From Nemertoderma westbladi (lineage: Eukaryota > Animalia > Xenacoelomorpha), in the NCBI GenBank assembly GCA_032718475.1, contig JAUCBJ010007417.1, forward strand, positions 36,373-100,372: a DNA stretch of 64,000 nt, read 5' to 3'. Shown here in pieces: positions 10,443-21,791 of the stretch (position 1 is its first letter; every line of letters starts with the position of its first letter). Made by a program: the position numbers and the translations under genes. The notes beneath the pieces are model-generated. The model saw only the letters and a list, made by a program, of their open reading frames with translations, had not been told where the DNA came from and ran no database searches.

Positions 10443-13400
10443 GGTCGAACCCACCCGGTTACGGTTTACTATTTCGTTGTGTTTTAGGTGTCCGGTCGGA
10501 CCCACCCGGTTACGGTTTACTATTTCGTTGTGTTCTAGGTGTCCGGTCGAACCCACCCGGTTACGGTTTACTATTTCGTTGTGATCTAGGTGTCCGGTCG
10601 AACCCACACGGTTACGGTTTACTATTTCGTTGTGTTCTAGGTGTCCGGTCGAACCCACCCGGTTACGGTTTACTATTTCGTTGTGTTCTAGGTGTCCGGT
10701 CGAACCCACCCGGTTACGGTTTACTATTTCGTTGTGTTCTAGGTGTCCGGTCGAACCCACACGGTTACGGTTTACTATTTCGTTGTGTTCTAGGTGTCCG
10801 GTCGAACCCACCCGGTTACGGTTTACTATTTCGTTGTGTTCTAGGTGTCCGGTCGAACCCACCCGGGTACGGTTTACTATTTCGTTGTGTTCTAGGTGTC
10901 CGGTCGAACCCACCCGGTTACGGTTTACTATTTCGTTGTGTTCTAGGTGTCCGGTCGAACCCACCCGGTTACGGTTTACTATTTCGTTGTGTTCTAGGTG
11001 TCCGGTCGAACCCACCCGGGTACGGTTTACTATTTCGTTGTGTTCTAGGTGTCCGGTCGTACCCACCCGGTTACGGTTTACTATTTCGTTGTGATCTAGG
11101 TGTCCGGTCGAACCCACCCGGTTACGGTTTACTATTTCGTTGTGTTCTAGGTGTCCGGTCGAACCCACCCGGGTACGGTTTACTATTTCGTTGTGCTCTA
11201 GGTGTCCGGTCGAACCCACCCGGTTACGGTTTACTATTTCGTTGTGTTCTAGGTGTCCGGTCGAACCCACCCGGTTACGGTTTACTATTTCGTTGTGTTC
11301 TAGGTGTCCGGTCGAACCCACCCGGTTACGGTTTACTATTTCGTTGTGTTCTAGGTGTCCGGTCGAACCCACCCGGTTACGGTTTACTATTTCGTTGTGT
11401 TCTAGGTGTCCGGTCGGACCCACCCGGTTACGGTTTACTATTTCGTTGTGTTCTAGGTGTCCGGTCGAACCCACCCGGTTACGGTTTACTATTTCGTTGT
11501 GTTCTAGGTGTCCGGTCGAACCCACCCGGTTACGGTTTACTATTTCGTTGTGTTCTAGGTGTCCGGTCGAACCCACCCGGTTACGGTTTACTATTTCGTT
11601 GTGTTCTAGGTATCCGGTCGGACCCACCCGGTTACGGTTTACTATTTCGTTGTGTTCTAGGTGTCCGGTCGAACCCACCCGGTTACGGTTTACTATTTCG
11701 TTGTGTTCTAGGTGTCCGGTCGAACCCACCCGGTTACGGTTTACTATTTCGTTGTGTTGTAGGTGTCCGGTCGAACCCACCCGGTTACGGTTTACTATTT
11801 CGTTGTGTTCTAGGTGTCCGGTCGGACCCACCCGGTTACGGTTTACTATTTCGTTGTGTTCTAGGTGTCCGGTCGAACCCACCCGGTTACGGTTTACTAT
11901 TTCGTTGTGTTCTAGGTGTCCGGTCGGACCCACCCGGTTACGGTTTACTATTTCGTTGTGTTCTAGGTGTCCGGTCGAACCCACCCGGTTACGGTTTACT
12001 ATTTCGTTGTGTTCTAGGTGTCCGGTCGAACCCACACGGTTACGGTTTACTATTTCGTTGTGTTCTAGGTGTCCGGTCGAACCCACCCGGTTACGGTTTA
12101 CTATTTCGTTGTGTTCTAGGTGTCCGGTCGAACCCACCCGGTTACGGTTTACTATTTCGTTGTGTTCTAGGTGTCCGGTCGAACCCACCCGGGTACGGTT
12201 TACTATTTCGTTAGGTGTCCGGTCGAACCCACCCGGTTACGGTTTACTATTTCGTTGTGTTCTAGGTGTCCGGTCGGACCCACCCGGTTACGGTTTACTA
12301 TTTCGTTGTGTTCTAGGTGTCCGGTCGAACCCACCCGGGTACGGTTTACTATTTCGTTAGGTGTCCGGTCGAACCCACCCGGTTACGGTTTACTATTTCG
12401 TTGTGTTCTAGGTGTCCGGTCGGACCCACCCGGTTACGGTTTACTATTTCGTTGTGTTCTAGGTGTCCGGTCGAACCCACACGGTTACGGTTTACTATTT
12501 CGTTGTGTTCTAGGTGTCCGGTCGAACCCACCCGGTTACGGTTTACTATTTCGTTGTGTTCTAGGTGTCCGGTCGAACCCACCCGGTTACGGTTTACTAT
12601 TTCGTTGTGTTCTAGGTGTCCGGTCGAACCCACCCGGGTACGGTTTACTATTTCGTTAGGTGTCCGGTCGAACCCACCCGGTTACGGTTTACTATTTCGT
12701 TGTGTTCTAGGTGTCCGGTCGAACCCACCCGGGTACGGTTTACTATTTCGTTGTGTTCTAGGTGTCCGGTCGAACCCACCCGGGTACGGTTTACTATTTC
12801 GTTAGGTGTCCGGTCGAACCCACCCGGTTACGGTTTACTATTTCGTTGTGTTCTAGGTGTCCGGTCGAACCCACCCGGGTACGGTTTACTATTTCGTTGT
12901 GTTCTAGGTGTCCGGTCGAACCCACCCGGGTACGGTTTACTATTTCGTTAGGTGTCCGGTCGAACCCATCCGGTTACGGTTTACTATTTCGTTGTGTTCT
13001 AGGTGTCCGGTCGGACCCACCCGGTTACGGTTTACTATTTCGTTGTGTTCTAGGTGTCCGGTCAAACCCACCCGGGCACGGTTTACTATTTCGTTGTGTT
13101 CTAGGTGTCCGGTCGGACCCACCCGGTTACGGTTTACTATTTCGTTGTGTTGTAGGTGTCCGGTCGAACCCACCCGGTTACGGTTTACTATTTCGTTGTG
13201 TTCTAGGTGTCCGGTCGAACCCACCCGGTTACGGTTTACTATTTCGTTGTGTTCTAGGTGTCCGGTCGGACCCACCCGGTTACGGTTTACTATTTCGTTG
13301 TGTTGTAGGTGTCCGGTCGAACCCACCCGGTTACGGTTTACTATTTCGTTGTGTTCTAGGTGTCCGGTCAAACCCACCCGGGCACGGTTTACTATTTCGT

Positions 13401-13707
13401 TGTGTTCTAGGTGTCCGGTCGGACCCACCCGGTTACGGTTTACTATTTCGTTGTGCTCTAGGTGTCCGGTCGGACCCACACGGTCACGGTTACGGTTTAC
13501 TATTTCGTTGTGTTCTAGGTGTCCGGTCGGACCCACCCGGTTACGGTTTACTATTTCGTTGTGTTCTAGGTGTCCGGTCGAACCCACCCGGTTACGGTTT
13601 ACTATTTCGTTGTGATCTAGGTGTCCGGTCGAACCCACCCGGTTACGGTTTACTATTTCGTTGTGTTCTAGGTGTCCGGTCGAACCCACCCGGTTACGGT
13701 TTACTAT
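10443..13707 (+). repeat. 51-bp tandem array (about 64 copies) of the DHX9 3' splice site plus the first 36 nt of the exon
   Basis: Unit TTCGTTGTGTTCTAG|GTGTCCGGTCGAACCCACCCGGTTACGGTTTACTAT. The last copy continues as VSGRTHPVTVYYLEDCVE, which follows PVIE of the previous exon in frame. Confidence 0.95.
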
Positions 13708-14022
13708 CTCGAGGATTGCGTGGAACTCGTCGACTTTAAACCGCCGCCGCCGCGGAAGAAGGGCCGCGGTAACCGTGACGACGACGAAGACGAACCCGAT
13801 CTGGAAGCCGTCGGAGAGGACGACGAGAACCTGAACCTGATCGTGTCTGACGCGTACAAAGCCACGACCAAGTGGGCCGTCACCCACATGTCGGAGAAGG
13901 AGTTGAGTTTCGAGTTGATCGAGGCTCTTCTGCGGCACATCTCGAGTCTCAACCAACCCGGCGCTGTGCTCATCTTCCTTCCCGGGTGGTCCCTCATCCA
14001 GGCTCTCCTAAAACACCTCCAG
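13672..14022 (+). CDS. DHX9: DHX9 exon: RecA1-RecA2 linker and motif IV
   Basis: VSGRTHPVTVYYLEDC...SEKELSFELIEALL...GAVLIFLPGW. TAG| acceptor at 13671, CAG|GTTTG donor at 14022; 351 nt, phase 0-0. Confidence 0.93.
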
Positions 14023-14679
14023 GTTTGTTATTGTTATCGGTATTAACTTAAAAATATTTAAATTCAATCAATATTGGCAAACCATCAATCAGTAATCGAT
14101 ATAGTTTCTATATTTCACAAAAAAATTTATTACTTAATTATTAAATTTATTTGCTTATTTTTTATTCAGTTTGGGACTTTTGGAAATGACCTGGTATAAT
14201 TATTGTTCACCTTTCCTGGTTAACGTGCTACTACCATATTAAGTGTTAGTGAGGCTGAGCCCAACCGAATACAAACAGTAGTCAGTATAGTTCAGTCTTA
14301 TGTTTAAATTTGTTTGAATATAAATGTAAATTTATTTTTGGTGTTTTTTACATTTACATTAATTCTTTTTTGTTTTACATTAATTGTTAATTTTGTCAAC
14401 TATTAATTCGTTGTACGGGCAAAAAATCGGCCAAAAAATGTACATCCGTCTGGAGCAGGAACCGGTTTTTCTCAAAAAACCGGCCGAATAACCGGCACAC
14501 CCCTCGAAGTAATTAATTACTAATTAGTAATTATAAAATAAAAATAATATAATATAAATAATATAATAATAATATAAACTAATATAAAAATAAATAAAAT
14601 TAATTTGTAATTAATATTACAAATTAAAGATTTTGAATAAGTCGCATCCGCCGATTCTGTAGAAAGATGTAGAAGAGGA

Positions 14680-15172
14680 ATGAATATTAATTAAACTTAT
14701 ACAGTAAACCTAACCTTTAAATGAATATTAATTAAACTTATACAGTAAACCTAACCTTTAAATGAATATTAATTAAACTTATACAGTAAACCTAACCTTT
14801 AAATGAATATTAATTAAACTTATACAGTAAACCTAACCTTTAAATGAATATTAATTAAACTTATACAGTAAACCTAACCTTTAAATGAATATTAATTAAA
14901 CTTATACAGTAAACCTAACCTTTAAATGAATATTAATTAAACTTATACAGTAAACCTAACCTTTAAATGAATATTAATTAAACTTATACAGTAAACCTAA
15001 CCTTTAAATGAATATTAATTAAACTTATACAGTAAAACCTAACCTTTAAATGAATATTAATTAAACTTATACAGTAAACCTAACCTTTAAATGAATATTA
15101 ATTAAACTTATACAGTAAACCTAACCTTTAAATGAATATTAATTAAACTTATACAGTAAACCTAACCTTTAA
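14680..15172. repeat. 41-bp AT-rich minisatellite (about 12 copies)
   Basis: Unit ATGAATATTAATTAAACTTATACAGTAAACCTAACCTTTAA, near-perfect copies; not derived from an exon. Confidence 0.92.
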
Positions 15173-16075
15173 TTAATTACCGAGTATATTTATATCGAAT
15201 TAATTCTAAATCAAATGATAAATAATAATATAATATTATTTGGTGGTTTGGTTACCAAAATAGTTATCTCTATCCGTGTAAGTAATATTTAATTAATAAA
15301 TTATTGATTTTATTTTTTGCATTAATTTTCAGTCACTTTTATTTATTATTTTAATCAAACGAAAGTTTCCAAATTCGTTTCAATTTTAACACAAAAACTT
15401 CACTTACCCTATTATCCTATCGTAGTTAGTAAAATATTTGCAATTTGTTTAACAAATTTAACAATTTATTTATTTTTGTAGATAAAGGTTTATATTTAGT
15501 GGTTAAAGGGGAAATATAGAAGATTCTTTCTTACAGAATCAGCCTCCTTATTAACCTTTAGGAAAGCAACGGGCAGTAAAAGTTAAAAATCGCAATATTC
15601 GTTTCCGGTGTTGGGCCACCGGGCACCGGCTGCTATAGAAATTGGCTTTAAAGTCACTAAAAATATCAACAATAATAATTTATCTTATAGGAATGAAAAC
15701 TGTATATATTTCATTTATTTTATGTCGCTGAAGAAGAAGATGTCTCAATAGCGCCATAATATAGTTTTTATAATGTATTATTGTTGCTACGTCTTTGCCG
15801 ACTTTGCAAAGCTGTGCCCAACAATAAATTAATAGTTTGTTATAATAGCATCTGTACTATATCATAATAATACATCGAACAATTAATAGTGACTTAGTAT
15901 TAGTTTTTACCCTAAAACTGTACAGAACTGCATCATATTCAACGTGCACCTGATGGGTTATCTCATTATGATGTTTTAGAAGCGCAAAATTTGTAGAAAA
16001 TTATTGTTTGTTTCTGGAAATGGATTTCCCTTCACGGATTATTTCATAATTAATAATTATTTTTATTTCCGATAG

Positions 16076-16575
16076 GCTCACTCTTTGTTCGGTAACGGAC
16101 AGATGTTCCGACTGCTTGCTCTCCACTCCCAGATCCCCAGACAGGATCAACGCAGGGTATTCGACCACACCCCTCCCGGAGTCACCAAGATAATCATATC
16201 GACAAACATCGCGGAATCCTCTATAACCATCGACGACGTTGTCTTTGTTATCGACTCATGTAAGGCCAAGATTAAACTCTTCACGTCGCACAACAACATG
16301 ACCAACTACGCGACGGTGTGGGCCTCGCGAACCAACCTCGAGCAGCGACGGGGCCGGGCGGGTAGGGTGCGGCCGGGTTTCGCCTTCCACCTGTGCTCGG
16401 CCGCGCGCTACGCCCGACTCAACGAGCACGCAGTCCCCGAGATCCTCCGGACCCCGCTGCACGAGATCGCGCTCTCGGTCAAACTGCTGCGACTCGGTGA
16501 CATCCGCGCGTTCCTCGCCAAGGCCCTCGAACCGCCTCCTATAGACATGGTGGTTGAGGCTGAAGTCACTCTCAG
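16076..16575 (+). CDS. DHX9: DHX9 exon: RecA2 motifs V and VI and start of HA2
   Basis: LHSQIP...[14 protein letters not shown]...[16 protein letters not shown]...[13 protein letters not shown]...[17 protein letters not shown]. Acceptor GATAG| at 16075, donor CAG|GTATA at 16575 (phase 2). Confidence 0.95.
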
Positions 16576-16644
16576 GTATAATTAGAAGTCCTTTATAATA
16601 CCTTTATAAACTTATTGTAATTTTCGTTGTGCACTACCTAGCAA

Positions 16645-16720
16645 ATTCGGCATCCAGGTGGGATCGAACTGCTGACCTCCAGGTTGGAAGTCTTTCAGCT
16701 GTAAACTCAGCAGATAAATG
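16645..16720 (-). mobile_element. Possible tRNA-derived SINE head fragment
   Basis: The minus strand reads ...CAACCTGGAGGTCAGCAGTTCGATCCCACCTGGATGCCG, containing a Pol III B-box-like GTTCGATCCC. No complete cloverleaf is seen. Confidence 0.35.
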
Positions 16721-17539
16721 GTAGACCGGGGAAGTGGAAAACTATCTTAGTAATGTATGTCCGCAATTTACCTCAGAACTGTCAATCATCTACAGTCTAT
16801 GTCCTCAACTCTATGATGTACTTCGCGTTCTTATCCTCTCGCTACTAATGAACTACTTCGCTATAGCTATCCCCGAAGGGAAATTATAATTAATAACATA
16901 ACATAATGCTACTCTGGGCTATTATAATTCGTTTGAAATGCGTACAGTTTTATACAGTAACAGTTGTAACACGGATATCGCAATAAACAAACCTAAGGAA
17001 CAATTTGTAACTATGGTAACTAACGTTGGTAATGTTAAGTGTTATTATCGAATCTTTCATTGAATAACGAAAAGGGGTTATTTCTTTTAAATATACGACG
17101 GTTATTCGAAATTAAGCTGAGTTAAATCGGGAAGATTTAAACCAAGTTTATTTTCGAGAACGTCGTTTGTTTTGTAATAAAAACCGTAGTTTACAGGTTT
17201 AAACCGTATGCTTTAGGGGCTATAAATGTAAAAAACACGTCTGTGTTTGTAAAACCATGGTTATTTCCGAATGCTATAAAACTACGACTATTATTATTAT
17301 CACCTTTAAATATATGAAGATTATTTTTTATTTATATTTTATTGATTTAAATTAACCCGCGTGGTTACATTTGAACCGCGGCAGTGATTATAAACTAATG
17401 ATGTTGCAACACCAACTACACTAAACTTGCAACACCGTTTATTTTCTAAACCGTTTTTTCAGAGTGCCGGATAATCCTGGATCATATGGAATGGAAAAAT
17501 AGTTTTATTCTTAAATTGATACTTTTTCGCTCGAAAATA

Positions 17540-18303
17540 CCCCAAAATCGGGATCAAAAGGAGTACATTTTTTCCCTAGGGAAAAAGAGAACCCAGGATT
17601 GTATTGATTTTACTTTTTTTCGCCGAAAAAATCTAAATTAAACATGAGAAAATATTTTTGGATTTATTTCTTAAATTTTATGAGATGTGTTGAATGAGCT
17701 TTGAAGTAGAAAAGGTTTGCATGTAATTTGAGCAAAATCCATTGAAACACTCAAAAAGTTATTGCAACTTTAGTGTCTGCAATGCGAACTCCAAAACGGA
17801 ACTCAATATCCATCCAATAGGGTTGGTGTGCGAAAAAATTGTTGGGCTAGAAACAATTGAATGAGGGGTAATAAGGTGCCCTCAATCGAGTGGCGGGGTG
17901 TGTTTTTTTGTAAAAACACGAGGAAACGTTCTAAATGGCGGGTTTAATTAAGCGCGAGACGGGAAGCCCATTGTGAAAATCGGCTGTGATTGGCTGCTAC
18001 ATATTACGCAGTACTTGATCTGATAACTTTTTATCTTGGTTTCTATGGATAGACATTTTCGATCGATTCAAAAACATATTAAATCTCAATCATTTTTCAC
18101 ACGTGGCTTATATCACTATATTATTTACATTGACTAAGGCAGCATCAGGAGTTGAAGAGCTAATCACAGTAAAATACTCAATGTTCAATATTTTATATTT
18201 TATTTTACTTTTTTCGCCGGGAAAAAAGTAAAATCATTGCAATCCTATGGGTTACTTTTTTTCCATCTAGGGAAAAAGGTGCCCCTTTTTCTCCCGATTT
18301 TGG
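17540..18303. mobile_element. Old DNA-transposon relic bounded by ~90-bp degenerate inverted repeats
   Basis: CCAAAATCGGGA...CCCTAG...GGATTG...TGATTTTACTTTTTT (17541-17620) mirrors AAAAAAGTAAAATCA...CAATCC...CTAGGG...TCCCGATTTTGG (18222-18303). Confidence 0.5.
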
Positions 18304-18790
18304 TTTTGAAAACTAACACAATATTATCTCTACAATCAGACGATATGATATTAGACGGCGCTAACGCCGAGGATATTTTTCCCCAAGTAAACTAATATAT
18401 AATATTTAAGATAAAAACGGAAACCACTCTTTTCATTAAATTTTCTAGCGAAATTCAGATATTCTGTCCTCGTGTGTTGAGTTTTCCACTCGTTGGCATT
18501 CTAGCACTCACTTCAATTTTGTAAAATTCAACCACTAAGACAGAATAGTTGAATTTCGCCAAACTGAAAATAAGTGAAAATATCGAATTTTCTTTCAACA
18601 AATATTTTTTTATAATAATAGTCTCCACTCCACCACTTTTTTAAAAACATTTTACTCGAAAATTAAACAGGATTTACAAACTGTAACCCATTATTAATAA
18701 TTATTCGATAATTATTCGAATAATTGTTTATTAAAAATTAACTTCGAATGGAATTCCATATTCTAGTTGTCTATGTTTGTTTGTTTCCAG

Positions 18791-20315
18791 GGAGATGAAG
18801 GCGTTGGACGTGCAGGATGAGTTGACGGCTCTCGGACGACTTCTCGCCCGGATGCCAATAGAACCGCGACTCGGGAAGATGGTCATAATGGGGAGCATCT
18901 TCGGTGTGGCCGACGCGATGGCCGTAATCGGGGCGATGACCTGCTTCCCGGAGCCGTTCGAGAGCCCCGGCGAGCGACGCAAACTGACGTTCGCGCAGCG
19001 CGCCATGGCCGGAAGCCGGTGTAGCGACCACGTGGCGTTACTCACCGCCTTCCAGGGATGGGAGGATGCGCGTACTGTAGGCGGCGACCGCGGCGAGGAG
19101 ATGTACTGCGAGCGGAAGCTGCTGAATATGTCGACCCTTCGGATGACCTCGGAAGCGGTGAACCAACTCAAGGATATCCTAATGGCCGCGGGATTCCCGG
19201 AAGAGCGGTTACTCCCCACGCAGTACAGCAACACCGGCCCCGACAGTAAACTCGATCTGGTCATCTCGTTGCTCACACTCGGTCTCTACCCCAACGTTTG
19301 TTTCCACAAGGAGAAACGAAAGATCATCACGCAAGGCGGTCGACTCGCTTTGGTTCATAAACTCAGCGTTAATTGCTCGAACGAAGGCCGCGTATTTCCT
19401 TCGCCGTATTTCGTTTTCGGCGAGAAGATTCGCACTCGAGCTGTTTCCGCGAAACAGATGACCATGGTGACCCCGGTGCAGCTTCTATTGTTTGGTTGTC
19501 GGAATGTGCAGAGTGAAGGTGGTCTCGTTCGTATGGACGATTGGTTGAACTTTCGGATGGAGCATAAGGAAGCCGCCAATGTTGTCGCTATTCGGCAGGT
19601 GATGGAGGACTTTGTGATGAGGGTTTGTTCGGATCCCGATATGTTGGCTGGGGATCTTGGGGAAGAAGATCGGGAGTTGTGCGAGGTGGTTCGGTTGCTG
19701 TCCCGGCCGAGTATAGGGGCGAGGAGTGCGGAGGAGGTGGGGGCAATGGGGGGCGACCAGGGGGGGCCGTCGGCGAAACGGATGCGGCCGAGTGGGGGTG
19801 TGTACGGGGGAGGGGGGTATGGGGGTGGGGGGTACGGGGGAGGGGGTGGGGGGTACGGGGGAGGGGGCTACCAAGGTAATAGGGGGTTTAGGGGTGGTGG
19901 TGGTGGTAGGGGTTACGACTTTGGTGGGGCGGCCCGTGGTGGGGGGTTTGGCGGCGGAGGGGGGCCCCCAGGGGGCTTCGATTCTGGATCTGGAGAGAGT
20001 TACTCGGGCGGTCCGTATATGGGCGACGGGGGCGCTACTGATGGGAACGCCGCCCAGAACGGAGGCGACGGCCGTTGGGGCGGCCCTAGGGGCGGTTCCT
20101 GGGCGGCCAGGCCGTCGTTACAAGGGAGCGGTGCCCCCCCGCCGGGTGGCCCAAGGGGGGGCGGACCCCCAGGGCCCAGGGGGTTCAGGGCTGGGCGGGG
20201 GATAGTTGGTGCTGGTCCCTATGGGGCCGATTTTGGGGCGAATAGGGGGGCTCCGCGAGGCGCCCCTAGGGGCAGTTGGCGGCACCAAGGATACGGTTCT
20301 AGCACGGGTTACTAG
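18791..20315 (+). CDS. DHX9: DHX9 terminal coding exon: HA2, OB-fold, basic NLS-like motif and Gly/RGG-rich tail; stop TAG at 20313-20315
   Basis: Acceptor TTCCAG| at 18790 completes AG|G (Arg). ELTALGRLLARMPIEPRLGKM...SDHVALL...GLYPNVCFHKEKRK...SPYFVFGEKIRTRAVSAKQMTMVTPVQLLLFG...PSAKRMR, then YGGG/RGG repeats typical of DHX9. Confidence 0.95.
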
Positions 20316-21106
20316 GCAACCAGTATACTGGTTACTAGGCAGCTACAATGACTTATGATAACTCTGTTTCGCTTCATTGTTTGTCCACTTCTATAAACGT
20401 ATTTTTGTTTTTTGCAATTCTCAACATCGTAGCTTAAGTGACATAAAATAACAATTTTTCAGTCTATAGATTTATCTAGAGAGATTTAGGGCCTTTCTGT
20501 AGTGCAATATTGCCCAGTGGGTTATGGGGCTTTACAAATAATCATCAGTCCCAACCCATTATTGGTTAAAGTGTTCAAAACTTCATCACCTAATAGAGTA
20601 TAGCATGTCTTAAAGTGTGAAATAGTATAAAAAAATAAAATCCGACACAACTCGACACCTTATGACACTTAAGTTACGACAAACTACTATGACTGATTTA
20701 TGGATTGTCGATATGCAATTCTAGAGTATTTAGTTCAATTCAACTTACAATATCCTAATAGTTACAAAAGTTGAAAGTTTAGTAATATCGTTGTTAGTTC
20801 GGTTTAATCTTCACCACTAAACATAACTTGTTTCCATGACATTTTGTGTTTGTTTTGTTTCCTTTTGAATTATTATATACGTAAAGAAAACATAACTCAG
20901 TTCCATTTTATTTATAATATACATCAAACAAACCCACTACCACGTTGTTTTTAGAAGACATTGGGGGTGGTATGGGTGTCTTACGGGGGAGATTGTGTCC
21001 GCAGTTAGTTTTCTTTATTGATATAGCATTGTGTCTCTTACAGTACAAAATTTAAAATGTTTTATTATTAAATTGTTATTTTTCGCAGTTCGCACGAATA
21101 TGGGTA

Positions 21107-21429
21107 GGTGTAAAACGCGGATCCGGATCCGGATTCAGGATCCGGATACGGATCAGGACCCGGATTTGCGAGTGTAAAAGGCGGATCCGGATTTACATAC
21201 AATCCGTAACTGAGTGTAATATGCGGATTCTGAAATACGCAATCCGTATTGCAGTGTAAAACGCGGATTCATATATTTTGTGAATCCGGAATGGAGTGTA
21301 AAATACGGATTTACGTTAATTACCAAGTTTTGTTGGATCCGGAATGGAGTGTAAAACACGGATTTTCGTTAATTACCAAGTTTTGTTGGATCCGGAATGG
21401 AGTGTAATACACGGATTTTCGTTAATTAC
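21107..21429. repeat. GGATCC/GTGTAAAA-rich subterminal-type repeats, probably the end of a DNA transposon, cut by the Gypsy LTR
   Basis: Recurring GTGTAAAA..CGGAT(C/T) units and ~53-bp direct copies; the last copy breaks abruptly at GTTAATTAC|TGTTATG. Confidence 0.5.
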
Positions 21430-21791
21430 TGTTATGTTGTATGAATATATGGAAATCTATATAAACATTACGACATTATAATATTATTATTAGAACTTCA
21501 TTATGTAGGTTAGCAACACATGCATACCGGCACCACAGTACTAAAGCACTATGACAGTATCAGACATATTGGTAGGCCTAGCCTAAACAACAATATAGAT
21601 ATGTAACAATCGCGGTACCGGTAAAGATATATATATTTTTTTTTTTTAATAACTACACCCCAGTCGGGGTAAAATGACTGTATATTAATTAATTTTAATT
21701 AAATACCATATAATATTATATACACCGAAATAACATGATAATTATTGAAGTCGATACAGTACAGTTTAGTTAGGCCTTAAATATTGATTTG

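Noticed and set aside
10440-13956. 582-aa, 406-aa and 338-aa repetitive ORFs (VGSTGHLEHNEIVNRNR etc.)
   Set aside because: Alternative-frame or antisense translations of the 51-nt unit; the biologically meaningful frame is the DHX9 one.
14680-15172. Telomeric repeat (TAACC-like)
   Set aside because: Only one AACCTAACC per 41-bp unit; not a tandem telomere tract.
16645-16720. Intact tRNA gene
   Set aside because: Only a B-box/T-arm-like segment; no convincing acceptor stem or D-arm.
18731-20205. Overlapping and antisense ORFs over the DHX9 last exon
   Set aside because: Expected shadows of GC-rich coding sequence, with no recognisable domains.
19780-20315. G-rich low-complexity tract as a novel repeat
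   Set aside because: It is the normal Gly/RGG C-terminal tail of DHX9.
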